Source: a virus
Lineage: Duplodnaviria > Caudoviricetes
DNA: 64,000 nt
Strand: one strand, 5' to 3'
IMG/VR virus record: IMGVR_UViG_3300044695_004869
Part shown: one piece after another, positions 19,853 to 30,329 of the stretch
Layout of the letters: the number at the start of each line of letters is the position of its first letter
Position numbering within the stretch: position 1 is the stretch's first letter
Notes under the pieces: generated by a model
Databases searched by the model: none
What the model was told of the DNA's origin: nothing
What the model saw: the letters and a program-made list of their open reading frames with translations, nothing else
Position numbers and translations under genes: made by a program

Positions 19853-20914
19853 ATGAATCAAGAACAAATATCAAAGTTAGAGAGGTCAATCCAAAATATG
19901 AAGGATAAAACCTCAAGAATTTATTTTGTGGTACAAGATACCAAAGGTAATGCAAGAGCATCCATTAGATACATTTATCAAATGGCAATGGCTCTTAAAA
20001 CAGACGGATACAACCCGATCATCTTACATGAAAAACCTGAATACTTTGGTGTGTCAGATTGGTTAGGAGATACCTATATGACAGAATTACCACATAAAGC
20101 AATTGAGGGAAGTAACTTAGAAATTTCACCTGACGATCTAATTGTCATTCCTGAAATTTTTGGTTTTGTTATGGACCAAATTACTAAATTACCTTGTGGT
20201 AAAGTTGTGTTGTGTCAAGCTTATGATCACATATTTGAAACATTACAACCTGGTCAAACATGGTCTCAATTAGGTTTCTTTAAATGTATTACAACTTCTG
20301 AAAAACAAAAAGAATATGTTGGGTCAGTTATGAGAAACATCTCATCTAGTGTAATTACACCTGTTATTTCAGATGTGTTTAAAAAACAAGAATTCCCACC
20401 AAAAACAATTATTTCAATTCACACTAGAGAACATAGAGATACTGTTAATTTAATTAAAACATTTTATTCAAAATTCCCACAATATAGATGGATTACATTC
20501 CGTGATATGAGAGGTTTATCTGAAAGTGAATTTGCAAACGCAATGAATGAAAGTTTTGTATCAGTTTGGGTAGATCAAACAAGTGGATTTGGAACATATC
20601 CATTGGAATCAATGAAAATGGGAATTCCTGTAATTGGTTTGGTCCCTAATTTAGTACCAGAATGGATGAACGAAGATAATGGTATTTGGATTAATAACCC
20701 TAATATGTTGACTGATGTTATTGCGGACGTTGTTCAAAATTGGTTAGAGGATAATTTAAATCCAGCATTATATACCGAAATGGAAAAAACAATTTCTAAT
20801 TACACTGATTTAACAAAATTCAATGAAGAAGTTATTAAAACATTTAGTGACATGATAAACACTCGTCTTGAAAATTTTGAAGACCAATTATCTAAATTTA
20901 TAACAATAGAATAA
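19853..20914 (+). CDS. GT-B (GT4-like) glycosyltransferase
   Basis: DLIVIPE and SGFGTYPLESMKMGIPVIG, a GT4 donor-binding E-x7 motif. Confidence 0.65.
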   Translation: MNQEQISKLERSIQNMKDKTSRIYFVVQDTKGNARASIRYIYQMAMALKTDGYNPIILHEKPEYFGVSDWLGDTYMTELPHKAIEGSNLEISPDDLIVIPEIFGFVMDQITKLPCGKVVLCQAYDHIFETLQPGQTWSQLGFFKCITTSEKQKEYVGSVMRNISSSVITPVISDVFKKQEFPPKTIISIHTREHRDTVNLIKTFYSKFPQYRWITFRDMRGLSESEFANAMNESFVSVWVDQTSGFGTYPLESMKMGIPVIGLVPNLVPEWMNEDNGIWINNPNMLTDVIADVVQNWLEDNLNPALYTEMEKTISNYTDLTKFNEEVIKTFSDMINTRLENFEDQLSKFITIE

Positions 20915-20915
20915 T

Positions 20916-21722
20916 ATGAAAAATAAAAACACAATCTCAGTAATTTTACCAATTAAATCAGCGGTGTCTGGTTTCTTTGAGGAATATTTAAATAAAGCAA
21001 TTGAATCTATTAAAGTACAAAAAGAACAATTTGATGAATTAATTATCGTACACACAGATGAAAATTTATTAACTAAAGTTTTAAAAGATTTTGACTTTGG
21101 TGACTTAAATGTTAAATTAGAATCTTGGACAAAAGAAGCAAATTTTGCAGATCAGATTAATCATGGTGTTAGTTTGGCAACATCTAATTGGATTACTATT
21201 TTTGAATTTGATGATGAATATGCAAACATTTGGGTTAAAAATGTTAAAAACTATATGGACATCTATCCAAATGTTGGGGCATTTTTACCTATTGTTGTTG
21301 ATGTTGACGACAAAGGTGTATTTGTTGGATTCACAAATGAAGCCACTTTTGCGGCTAATATTTCTGAAGAAATGGGGGTATTAACAAACGAAACATTACA
21401 CACATATCAAAATTTCCAAATTGCGGGAATGGTAATTAGAAAAGATCTTTTTGTGGAATATGGAATGATTAAAAGTAATTTTAAATTAACATTTGGTTAT
21501 GAATTTTTATTAAGAATGACTCAAAATTCAGTTAAATTTATGACAGTACCAAAAATTGGTTATAAACACAGTAACTTACGTGAAGGATCTATTTTTTGGA
21601 ATTATAAAAATGGGGAAGATCGTCTTTCCGAAGATGAAGTTAAGTTTTGGATAGATTCGGCCAAAAAGGAGTATTTCTTTAATACTCAAAGAGAAATAAA
21701 TTACGAACCCCAAGAAATTTAA
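20916..21722 (+). CDS. GT2-family glycosyltransferase
   Basis: SVILPI, FEFDD and YEFLLR motifs. Confidence 0.65.
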   Translation: MKNKNTISVILPIKSAVSGFFEEYLNKAIESIKVQKEQFDELIIVHTDENLLTKVLKDFDFGDLNVKLESWTKEANFADQINHGVSLATSNWITIFEFDDEYANIWVKNVKNYMDIYPNVGAFLPIVVDVDDKGVFVGFTNEATFAANISEEMGVLTNETLHTYQNFQIAGMVIRKDLFVEYGMIKSNFKLTFGYEFLLRMTQNSVKFMTVPKIGYKHSNLREGSIFWNYKNGEDRLSEDEVKFWIDSAKKEYFFNTQREINYEPQEI

Positions 21723-22468
21723 TGTCTGAAAATGAAAATGTATTAGATAATATTGATGGATCGAAAAAGAAGGGTAGAAAACCAAAATCAAATAATTATT
21801 TTGATGAAGTTGAGGAAAATGCGGTTAGAGAATATCTAACCGCAACCACAATGGATGAGAAAAATAGAATATATAACAATTATTTAAGAATACCCTTAGA
21901 CAAAATGATATCGTCAATTATAAGACGATATAAGTTATATAGGAAAGATATGAATTTTGAGGAAATTCATATAGACACACATTCATTTTTAATGACAAAA
22001 ATCGATAAGTTTAAACCGGCAAAAGAAAAAAAGGCCTATTCTTATTTTGGTACTATTTGTAAAAATTATTTGATGGGTCAAATAATGAAAGATCAAAAAG
22101 AAACCAATAGAAAAATATCCTATGAAGATATATCTGCCGATTTACAACATAGTCCTGATATGATATATCATATTGATGACGACACTCTTACAACAGAAGA
22201 AATAATTAAAAAGTTTTTAATAAAACTAAAAGATTCAATGGGCGAGAAAGCAATCACAGAACAGGAAGTTAAATTAGGACAAGCGTTATATGATATATTT
22301 GAAAATTATAATGATATATTTTTAGATACAAGTAATAATAAATTTAACAAAAATGTCATCTTGTTTGAATTAAGGGAAATGACAAATTTAAGTACGAAAG
22401 AAATAAGAACTTCGATTAAAAGATATAAGAAAGTTTACTTTCAAATGGTTCAGGAATTGTTAAAATAA
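21722..22468 (+). CDS. Phage RNA polymerase sigma factor (gp55-like late sigma candidate)
   Basis: KIDKFKPAKEKKAYSYFGTICKNYL resembles sigma region 2 of phage sigma factors; immediately precedes structural genes. Confidence 0.7.
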   Translation: MSENENVLDNIDGSKKKGRKPKSNNYFDEVEENAVREYLTATTMDEKNRIYNNYLRIPLDKMISSIIRRYKLYRKDMNFEEIHIDTHSFLMTKIDKFKPAKEKKAYSYFGTICKNYLMGQIMKDQKETNRKISYEDISADLQHSPDMIYHIDDDTLTTEEIIKKFLIKLKDSMGEKAITEQEVKLGQALYDIFENYNDIFLDTSNNKFNKNVILFELREMTNLSTKEIRTSIKRYKKVYFQMVQELLK

Positions 22469-22488
22469 AAAAACAAATATTTATAAGT

Positions 22489-22857
22489 ATGCCAAGACCA
22501 AGTAAAAAAACAATTAATTTAACTAAGGACTCAATGTTATCCTTAATGCAGGAAATCTACAATGAATTAGTAGAACAAAGAAATACTGCAATTAGAATAC
22601 AAAACAAGATGTTGACAATGATGAAAGAACCGGAAGACATGACTCTTATTGGACCTGTTATTGAAAAACAACAAAAAATTATTAATGATTGTGTTGAGAA
22701 AAAATTATCACTATCAAAATTACAGGCTCAAATTTGGCAAAAATCAACGGAAAAAGAAGATGATTTTACTTTATCCGATATGGATCTTGATGACGAAACA
22801 ATCCAAAATTTAATACATAAAGATATTTCTGATGATAAAAATTATAAAATGAAATAA
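22489..22857 (+). CDS. Hypothetical coiled-coil protein
   Basis: 122-aa ORF with TATTTATA at 22478. Confidence 0.6.
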   Translation: MPRPSKKTINLTKDSMLSLMQEIYNELVEQRNTAIRIQNKMLTMMKEPEDMTLIGPVIEKQQKIINDCVEKKLSLSKLQAQIWQKSTEKEDDFTLSDMDLDDETIQNLIHKDISDDKNYKMK

Positions 22858-22859
22858 TT

Positions 22860-24791
22860 ATGCCATTAGATATAGATGACGGATATAAAAAAATTAAGAA
22901 AGAAGTAACCACAAAACAAAAGTATAATCAAGTAAAAAAAGATATTAAAAAACTTGAAAAGAAAGCTGGTGATTCATTTGAAGATTGGGGTGGTGGTTTA
23001 GAAAGTAAATTTGGTAAATTCGCCAATAAACAATTATCATCCGCAGAAAAGGCAAAACAAAAATTCCAAAAAGATTTTAAAACTCAATTTGATCAAATGT
23101 TAGAAATTAAATTTCTAACTCAAAAAAGTGGAGACACAAAAACAACAAAATATTTAAAAAAAACATTTGTTACCGCAATTGAACAAATAAAACCTCAAAT
23201 ATTTGATATTGTTTCAGAATTAGGTGTAAAGGCGGTTGGGTGTGAATCAGAACAAGAGTTTCCCGCAAATAGCACATTTTATATAAAAGTGGGAGCCGTT
23301 GATTTTGTTGGTCTTTTAAAAGAAGATCCATCTAATATGGTTGGTAAAGTATCTTATGAAAAAGATCCAATAACATATAATACAACTCCATTTTCAATGA
23401 ACAAAGAGTTGTATAATAGAATACAAAATATTAACGTACCGTATTCTTCACCGTCATTTGCCGGAGTTGATTATAAAGGCCCATCTACTCAGGACTTATT
23501 TGATATAACTTATGTGGAAAATTATAATGATATTAATGGTAACTTGGTTGTGGGTAACTTTTTTAAAATAGATTTAAAACCAAGATCAAATAATACTAAT
23601 AAAGTATCGGAGTTCTTCAAAGATTATTATTCCTCAATAGATATAATTGATTATAAGTATTTATTCACAAATTTAATAAATCAATTAACAGGTGCGATCT
23701 CAATAGAGAAAAAAGATGGTGATAAAAAACTGATTGACTTTACGAAATTTTTAATGGTTATGAAACGTATATTTGGGATGTGTTTTGATGAAACCAAAGA
23801 AATTGATGTCTCCGGTGTTGCAAAAATATCTCAAACAGATGTGGTTGACGATGCATTTTTTGAATTTACTGAAGTTGATTTAAGATATATTGATTCTGTA
23901 GTTTCTGACATTAAATTAGGTGTTGTTGAATTTGAGGAATGTGGGTCTGTTAAATTACCTGTTGAGGTGAATTCGGTGTTAGACACATTGGATAGTTTAA
24001 TATTTAACCCTGGTACAAATAATAATAATGAAATTAATAATGCGGCAGAAAATATTACAAAAACATTTGAAAGGAAGGGTCTTAATTTAGATCTTAGTTT
24101 CCTAAAAGAATACCCAAGAGCTTTATTAATGACAATATTATCCCCAAAAACAATTCTACCAATAATGATTATGGCTAAATCATTAGGTCAGGACACTGTA
24201 GATTCGGTTAATTCTTTAATGGAATTTGCGAAAAAATTTAAAACATACATAGTCCAATTAGCATCTAAAGTAATGGCACTTTTTGTAAAGATACTTTTTG
24301 ACATAATAAAGGCCGATATTATTGCTTTAACTCAATCAATATTGGCGGATATAAAAGATGAATCGATTGTAAAAAAATCATTGTTGGTTTTATCTTTAGT
24401 TGCATTAATAACAAAAATGGTAACAGATTTTAGACAATGTAAAAGTGTAATAGATGATTTACTATCTGTTTTAAGTTTAGTTGAAAAGTCACTAAAATCA
24501 CAAAAAAAACCTTTACCATATGCTTTGTTGGTTGCAAGTAGGGTTTTAACGGGGTTTTCAAAAACAAGAGCAATGTTAAAAGTTATAGAGAAATTTGATG
24601 AGTTAGGATTACCCACAGGACCTATGCCAGATGGAAGTCCAAATTTATTTTTAGCTGCGGCAGATGCAATAATTGGGGCAATTGATGAAGAAGAAACAAA
24701 AAATGGTCAGGTACAAATTGCGGTGGATCCATTAAGTGTTTTACCTATTGGTATAACAATACCCCAAGTAGTTTACGGAAAAAAATTATAA
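22860..24791 (+). CDS. Hypothetical protein (probable virion/baseplate-associated)
   Basis: 643-aa ORF in the late operon, before the gp5-like gene. Confidence 0.55.
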   Translation: MPLDIDDGYKKIKKEVTTKQKYNQVKKDIKKLEKKAGDSFEDWGGGLESKFGKFANKQLSSAEKAKQKFQKDFKTQFDQMLEIKFLTQKSGDTKTTKYLKKTFVTAIEQIKPQIFDIVSELGVKAVGCESEQEFPANSTFYIKVGAVDFVGLLKEDPSNMVGKVSYEKDPITYNTTPFSMNKELYNRIQNINVPYSSPSFAGVDYKGPSTQDLFDITYVENYNDINGNLVVGNFFKIDLKPRSNNTNKVSEFFKDYYSSIDIIDYKYLFTNLINQLTGAISIEKKDGDKKLIDFTKFLMVMKRIFGMCFDETKEIDVSGVAKISQTDVVDDAFFEFTEVDLRYIDSVVSDIKLGVVEFEECGSVKLPVEVNSVLDTLDSLIFNPGTNNNNEINNAAENITKTFERKGLNLDLSFLKEYPRALLMTILSPKTILPIMIMAKSLGQDTVDSVNSLMEFAKKFKTYIVQLASKVMALFVKILFDIIKADIIALTQSILADIKDESIVKKSLLVLSLVALITKMVTDFRQCKSVIDDLLSVLSLVEKSLKSQKKPLPYALLVASRVLTGFSKTRAMLKVIEKFDELGLPTGPMPDGSPNLFLAAADAIIGAIDEEETKNGQVQIAVDPLSVLPIGITIPQVVYGKKL

Positions 24792-24794
24792 ATT

Positions 24795-25022
24795 ATGGAA
24801 TACAATAGTGAAAATATTAAAGTTACCGCTAGTGAGATTGCGGAAATAATTAAAGAACATAAAACAAGATCTAATAAAGATTTGGTGGTTGCCTTGGAAT
24901 TTGTTAAAAAAGATTTTGAATTAACTAAAGAAAGTTTAATAAAAATGACCGAACATTTAGATAAATTAGAATTTGCGTATAATAAAATATTAAAAGAGTA
25001 TAAATCAAGAAATGGAAAATAA
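24795..25022 (+). CDS. Hypothetical coiled-coil protein
   Basis: 75-aa ORF in operon context. Confidence 0.55.
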   Translation: MEYNSENIKVTASEIAEIIKEHKTRSNKDLVVALEFVKKDFELTKESLIKMTEHLDKLEFAYNKILKEYKSRNGK

Positions 25023-26550
25023 TAAAATGATATTTTTTGGTAGGGTCAAAGATATTGATGACCCATTATTAATTGGTCGTATTAGGGTTGAACCTAAAGA
25101 TGAGGTAGAGGCATTTATATATCCTGAAAACTTTAACCCAAAAACCGATAAGTGGAAACAAAACGACCCGTTAATTTTTACCCCATTAATACCTTATTAT
25201 TTTAATCAAATTCCCCAAGTTGGAGAATATGTTCATATATTCTATTCCAATAAGGCAGAACCTATTGATGCAAACAAATTTTATATTCAAGGACCAATAA
25301 GTCGTCCATGGAATAATAAAAAAGAAGATTATAATAACGCCCAATCAGTATTAGCGAGTGGTGAAAAATTACAACAAGCATTTTCACCAATAGATCCAAC
25401 AACAGGTAAAGTTAATGTTTCATTAACTGGTGTTTATCCATTACCGGGAGATAATGCTGTTTTAGGTAGGGGAACTGCTGATATTGTTGTAAAAGAAAAT
25501 GAAGTTTTAATAAGAGCGGGTAAAACATTATCATCAGGTAATAATAATATACCTGTAGTTAGAAACGATTTAAGAAGTTTCTTACAGATATCAAGTTTTG
25601 AATTAGAGAATGTTAATAATGGAACTGAAACGGTTACCTCAGAAACGTTTGAAGACATCTCAACAAAAACATATGTACAATGGTCGGTAACTAATTTAAA
25701 TTCGGTATCCACAACATATGATGGTAAAGTAAGTGTGTATTCATTACCCGGTAATAATGATAATTACAAAGTATCTGTTATTAATCAAAGTATTGATTTA
25801 CTTGCCGGTCAAACAATAAGTCCCATTTACGAAATTACATTTATAGGTAAATCGTTAAGTGAGGCCTCCACTATTATTAATGAATTAATAAGAGGAGTGA
25901 ATGAAGGTGAGATTTCTTGGGATCCATCTTTAGGGTATCCAAATCAAACGATTAGTAATCAGTTTCCGTTTTTTTATGGTCCTGATCAAACAACTTATGA
26001 ATACATTGTCACAGGATTTGCGTCATTAGCAAACGCATCATCCAATATATTACAATCAAGTAAAGTAATGTTACTAAACAACAAAGTATCTTTAAGTTAC
26101 GCATATGATGAAAGAGGTTTTGGATTAGTGTGGAAAAGATCTCCCGAAAAATTAGGAATATTACCTGAACTTAAAAGTATTGATATTGAAAAACGTGACT
26201 ATTTAGTACAACCCGTCACTTACTCAGTATTAGGTGGTGACAAATTATATTTATTAACAAATAAATCCAAAGGTAAATTTGAGATAGATTTAAAAGACAC
26301 TCTTTATGGCATCCCCCAACCTAAATTAGCAATAGAAATATATAAGAAAACAAACTCAATGGTAAGGGGGGAAGAACTTATGGATCTATTAAATCAGATA
26401 GTTGACTTCATGTTAACACACGTACATCCATTCCCTGGCTTACCACCAATTAAAGAATACCCAAATGCGGGAGTTTCGGGTAGAAAAATTCAAGAAACAA
26501 TTAATAACGCTGAAAATAACATTCTAAATCAAAATATCCGAATTAATTGA
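25012..26550 (+). CDS. Baseplate hub/central spike protein (gp5-like OB fold)
   Basis: N-terminal GRVKDIDDPLLIGRIRV with a P..G..V motif; C-terminal THVHP metal-binding tip motif. Confidence 0.6.
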   Translation: MENNKMIFFGRVKDIDDPLLIGRIRVEPKDEVEAFIYPENFNPKTDKWKQNDPLIFTPLIPYYFNQIPQVGEYVHIFYSNKAEPIDANKFYIQGPISRPWNNKKEDYNNAQSVLASGEKLQQAFSPIDPTTGKVNVSLTGVYPLPGDNAVLGRGTADIVVKENEVLIRAGKTLSSGNNNIPVVRNDLRSFLQISSFELENVNNGTETVTSETFEDISTKTYVQWSVTNLNSVSTTYDGKVSVYSLPGNNDNYKVSVINQSIDLLAGQTISPIYEITFIGKSLSEASTIINELIRGVNEGEISWDPSLGYPNQTISNQFPFFYGPDQTTYEYIVTGFASLANASSNILQSSKVMLLNNKVSLSYAYDERGFGLVWKRSPEKLGILPELKSIDIEKRDYLVQPVTYSVLGGDKLYLLTNKSKGKFEIDLKDTLYGIPQPKLAIEIYKKTNSMVRGEELMDLLNQIVDFMLTHVHPFPGLPPIKEYPNAGVSGRKIQETINNAENNILNQNIRIN

Positions 26551-26570
26551 TATTTATATAAAAAAGTATA

Positions 26571-28034
26571 ATGTCAATTAATAATTCATATTTTAGTAGG
26601 AATAACACTATAATATATAATAATCTAACAAATACAGGTAGAAACCCTGTAATGGAATTATATTATGGTGAGGATGGTATTGTTAACCCAAGAGGGTTTA
26701 GCAGATTTATTTTTGATATTGATCTAAGTTTACTAACTCAAAAAATTAATGATGGTACAGTATCAACAGGATGTACGTCAGCAATGACACATACCTTAAA
26801 TATGACTAACACATCATATTTTGATAAGGACTTCTTAAATACGTCAACATCTCAAGGAAGATATAGGGCAACATCATTTGATTTATTCTTATTTAGAATA
26901 CCACTTAATAATAGTACAATACCTGGTACCCCACAAAATTGGGATGAGGGAGTTGGGTATGATTATATCCCAACAACAACTGTGGTATTTGAAGATAAAA
27001 ATTATTCAGATAGACCATCAAATTGGTCAGCAACCACAACAATAGATAGTTGGCAAGAACCTGGAATATATAGTAATACTAATACGGGATTATTTAATTA
27101 TAATCAATTACAAATTATAGATACCCAACACTTTGAGTTTGGGGATGAAAATATTGAGTTTGATATGACAAATGAAATCAACTCAATATTAAACGGTTCT
27201 ATTAGTGATCCGGTTGGTTGGGGTATTGCTTATCTACCACAAGTAGAAAACATCTCAGGGACCACCGGAACGTATTCTGTGGGGTTCTTTACAAGACATA
27301 CTCAAACATTCTACGAACCTTTCTTACAAACAAACTATGATGACCTAATTGAGGATGATAGAAATTTATTTGTATTAGGTAAAGTTAACAAATTATATCT
27401 TTATGTTTATGAAGATGGTGACTTCCAAAATTTGGATTTTGATCCTGTTGTGGAAATTAGAGATACTTCTTGTACTGCTATACCAGGGTTAACAGGTTTA
27501 ACAACTTGTCGTAGAGCAAAAGGTATATATGAAGTTGTTATTCCCCCACTGATTGGATATAAAACACCTTGTTTATTTAATGATGTTTGGAGTAACCTTT
27601 ATTTGAATGGATTCCCGTTACCAAATGTTACCAATGAGTTTGCAATATACCCATTACAGAAATCTTTACAGATTGGTACATTGTCTCAGGAACCATCAAT
27701 TTATGGTTTTGATTTTTATGGTATTAAACAAGATGAAAAAATATTAAATACCGATGTTCGTAAAGTAGGTGTGGTCATTAAAAAGGCATACACAACTAAT
27801 CAACTTTTACTTAAAGTAGATGCTTCTTATAGAGTTTATGTGAAAGAAGGTTCTACTGAAGTACAAGTACAAGATTGGACCAAAATTAATAGAACCCCTA
27901 ATGAATATTACTTTATATTTGATACAAGAGATAAAATACCTAACGAATATTTTATTGATATAAAAGTGTTAAGTAGTGGTGAGGTTAATACTTATAAGAA
28001 ACAGATTAAGTTTCAAATCGTAAATAAAAAATAA
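26571..28034 (+). CDS. Virion structural protein
   Basis: 487-aa beta-rich ORF (SRFIFDID, WDEGVG); TATTTATA at 26551. Confidence 0.5.
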   Translation: MSINNSYFSRNNTIIYNNLTNTGRNPVMELYYGEDGIVNPRGFSRFIFDIDLSLLTQKINDGTVSTGCTSAMTHTLNMTNTSYFDKDFLNTSTSQGRYRATSFDLFLFRIPLNNSTIPGTPQNWDEGVGYDYIPTTTVVFEDKNYSDRPSNWSATTTIDSWQEPGIYSNTNTGLFNYNQLQIIDTQHFEFGDENIEFDMTNEINSILNGSISDPVGWGIAYLPQVENISGTTGTYSVGFFTRHTQTFYEPFLQTNYDDLIEDDRNLFVLGKVNKLYLYVYEDGDFQNLDFDPVVEIRDTSCTAIPGLTGLTTCRRAKGIYEVVIPPLIGYKTPCLFNDVWSNLYLNGFPLPNVTNEFAIYPLQKSLQIGTLSQEPSIYGFDFYGIKQDEKILNTDVRKVGVVIKKAYTTNQLLLKVDASYRVYVKEGSTEVQVQDWTKINRTPNEYYFIFDTRDKIPNEYFIDIKVLSSGEVNTYKKQIKFQIVNKK

Positions 28035-28049
28035 TAAAAAACAAAAGTC

Positions 28050-28244
28050 ATGGGAGACGGAGAATTAACAACAATAAGCGCTGGAACACTATCAACGATT
28101 TGTGTTCAAATATGTACTACGGGAGCCACCGGTTCTACTGTAGTATCTGTAAACCCACCTCATCCAACTTGGAGTTCTCAAGATGGTGGTGATGTGGTAC
28201 AATTAAACATGGTACTCCTTGGGGGTAACGGATTAAATGGATAA
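28050..28244 (+). CDS. Small hypothetical protein
   Basis: 64-aa ORF with an A-rich leader. Confidence 0.55.
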   Translation: MGDGELTTISAGTLSTICVQICTTGATGSTVVSVNPPHPTWSSQDGGDVVQLNMVLLGGNGLNG

Positions 28245-28247
28245 ATT

Positions 28248-28814
28248 ATGAAAAAAATAATTAAACTAAAAGAATCTGATCTTAGTATGATCATTAAAAA
28301 AATCCTTAGAGAAAATGAGGATAGAGGAAATAGATATATGTTTTTTTCTAATTTAGAGCAAATGAGAAGACAATGTGATTTATTATTAGATTTAGATCCT
28401 GAAATGGTTGAATCTATTTTAGAAAATGGTCACGATTGGGCTCAAGATCATATTGCAGAAGCAAAAAACAATATGGATCAAGTTTTTGATTTCATTATGA
28501 ATGAATCAAAAAAAGATGGTATGGAATTGTCTATGAATATTGATGATAAAGATATGATAATGTCAGAAGAAGATGATATTATTGATGATTTGGCGATGAC
28601 AGAAAAAGATCCTGATAAAGCATTGGCTTTATATCAGATGAATGAAGGAAGAAAAAAAACAGGAACACCACTTTGTGCTAGAGGTAAAGCATCGGCCAAA
28701 GCAAAATATGACGTATATCCAAGTGCTTATGCTAATGGACACGCAATACAAGTATGTAAAGGAGAAATTAAGGGTCTTGACGGTAAAAAACAATGTTCGG
28801 GGACTTATTGCTAA
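28248..28814 (+). CDS. Hypothetical protein with N-terminal IKKILRE motif and basic Cys-containing C-terminal module
   Basis: MKKIIKLKESDL..IKKILRE; C-terminal LCARGKASAKAKYDVYPSAYAN..VCKG. Confidence 0.6.
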   Translation: MKKIIKLKESDLSMIIKKILRENEDRGNRYMFFSNLEQMRRQCDLLLDLDPEMVESILENGHDWAQDHIAEAKNNMDQVFDFIMNESKKDGMELSMNIDDKDMIMSEEDDIIDDLAMTEKDPDKALALYQMNEGRKKTGTPLCARGKASAKAKYDVYPSAYANGHAIQVCKGEIKGLDGKKQCSGTYC

Positions 28815-28878
28815 TAATTTAATAAAAAATTTTTTTATTTAATTTTTATAAATATCTTTGTACCATAAATTAAAAAAT

Positions 28879-29298
28879 ATGTGGATAAAAAAATTAATAA
28901 AAAGAATAAAAGTTAGATGGATTCTTTGGACAAAAAGATCATCTATGATGAAAACATATCAAGAAGAGATAGTTTCTTATGAGAAAACTTGTTTTAAGAT
29001 ATGTCTAAAGTTAATTTCAAATCCTAATTCAGAATTTATGATTGCACCAATGTCTCAAAAAAGATACATTGTAAATAATATATTTGGGATTTTTATTGTA
29101 ATGGATTATGGTAGAGTTGAAATAACTAACCATGTTTTTAATTATAATGTAAAATTATCTGAAAGAGATTGGCAAAGATTAATTTACATATTTGATATTG
29201 AAACAGAAAAAAGACGTACTCAAACAGAAAGTGATGTTAACTCAAGGATAACACATTCGTTAGATATGGTTTTAGAACGTATTTCTAATCTCAAATAA
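28879..29298 (+). CDS. Hypothetical protein with host-type promoter
   Basis: TATCTTTG at 28853-28860; ATG at 28879. Confidence 0.55.
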   Translation: MWIKKLIKRIKVRWILWTKRSSMMKTYQEEIVSYEKTCFKICLKLISNPNSEFMIAPMSQKRYIVNNIFGIFIVMDYGRVEITNHVFNYNVKLSERDWQRLIYIFDIETEKRRTQTESDVNSRITHSLDMVLERISNLK

Positions 29299-30030
29299 AA
29301 TTTTATCAACTAAGGAATCTACGGATTCCTTTTTTGTTTTGTATGAAGTCATAACTGGTTTTTGACCCTTTCCTGTTTGTGTGTCATTTTTTTCAGCCTT
29401 TCTTTTTTGTTGACAAGCGGCCTTTTTTTGTGAATCACTCATTTTACCTGCAACACCTGCAGCTCTACATTTTGGGTACGAACCTTTAGATGTGTCTTGT
29501 CTTCCGCATGGTGGATGTTTACCATCAACTTTACGACAAATATCAACCCAAGGTCCTTTAGGTTGTTTAGATCCTTTTGGTTTCTTCTTTGTACCAAACC
29601 AAACAGCTAAATCTTCAGAAATAACATCATTGTTTAATTCATCCCATTCATCTAATTTAGTTACGGTTTTTTTTGTGTTAAAATTTTTAATTGGTTTTGC
29701 GTCAGTATTTTTTCCCGGTAATTCATTCATAACACCCGCATCGTCAGCCCACGCAAATGAATCGGGATTATTTTTCATATAAGCGGCAATTTTTTCCGCC
29801 ATTTTTTCTTTCTTTTTAATTGTTTTTGGGTCTGTTGACATTTTACCATCTAAACTATCATGGTCTAAAGATGCGTCATCCCAATCAGTCACATATTCTG
29901 TAAATGGGGCCATTTGATTTTTATCAAATTGTCTATATCCAGGTAATAAAGGAGAAACATATGATCCTCTAGTTGACTTTTCCGAAGTCGCCTCTCTTAA
30001 TATTTTCTTTATAAAATTATCGGTTATCAT
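29272..30030 (-). CDS. Hypothetical protein with IKKILRE motif and basic Cys-containing module
   Basis: MITDNFIKKILRE; LAVWF...GPWVDIC...PCGR...YPKC. Confidence 0.6.
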   Translation of the reverse strand: MITDNFIKKILREATSEKSTRGSYVSPLLPGYRQFDKNQMAPFTEYVTDWDDASLDHDSLDGKMSTDPKTIKKKEKMAEKIAAYMKNNPDSFAWADDAGVMNELPGKNTDAKPIKNFNTKKTVTKLDEWDELNNDVISEDLAVWFGTKKKPKGSKQPKGPWVDICRKVDGKHPPCGRQDTSKGSYPKCRAAGVAGKMSDSQKKAACQQKRKAEKNDTQTGKGQKPVMTSYKTKKESVDSLVDKILFEIRNTF

Positions 30031-30052
30031 TACTATAATAAATATTAGGAAT

Positions 30053-30277
30053 ATGGAAAAAAATGAAGAAACTAATAAATTATTTGGAACATTATTTGGG
30101 TCAATAGATCTATTAAATGAAAGCCATTTAGATGCGATATTATTGACTATGGATAAAGACCATGCAATACACTATTTGGTTGAATCTGTTAAATCTGCAC
30201 ATCAAAGAGGTGCTTTCACCATAGGTGAATCCGAAGTTATTTCTAAAGCCATACGAACATTATCAAAAAATGAATAA
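30053..30277 (+). CDS. Hypothetical protein
   Basis: 74-aa ORF ending at the bidirectional terminator. Confidence 0.55.
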   Translation: MEKNEETNKLFGTLFGSIDLLNESHLDAILLTMDKDHAIHYLVESVKSAHQRGAFTIGESEVISKAIRTLSKNE

Positions 30278-30281
30278 ATAA

Positions 30282-30309
30282 AAAAAGGTCAGATTTCTCT
30301 GACCTTTTT
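30282..30309. terminator. Bidirectional intrinsic terminator
   Basis: AAAAAGGTCAGA-tttc-TCTGACCTTTTT between the converging MCP and 30053-30277 genes. Confidence 0.85.
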
Positions 30310-30329
30310 CGTATTCGGTTTTTAATTGA

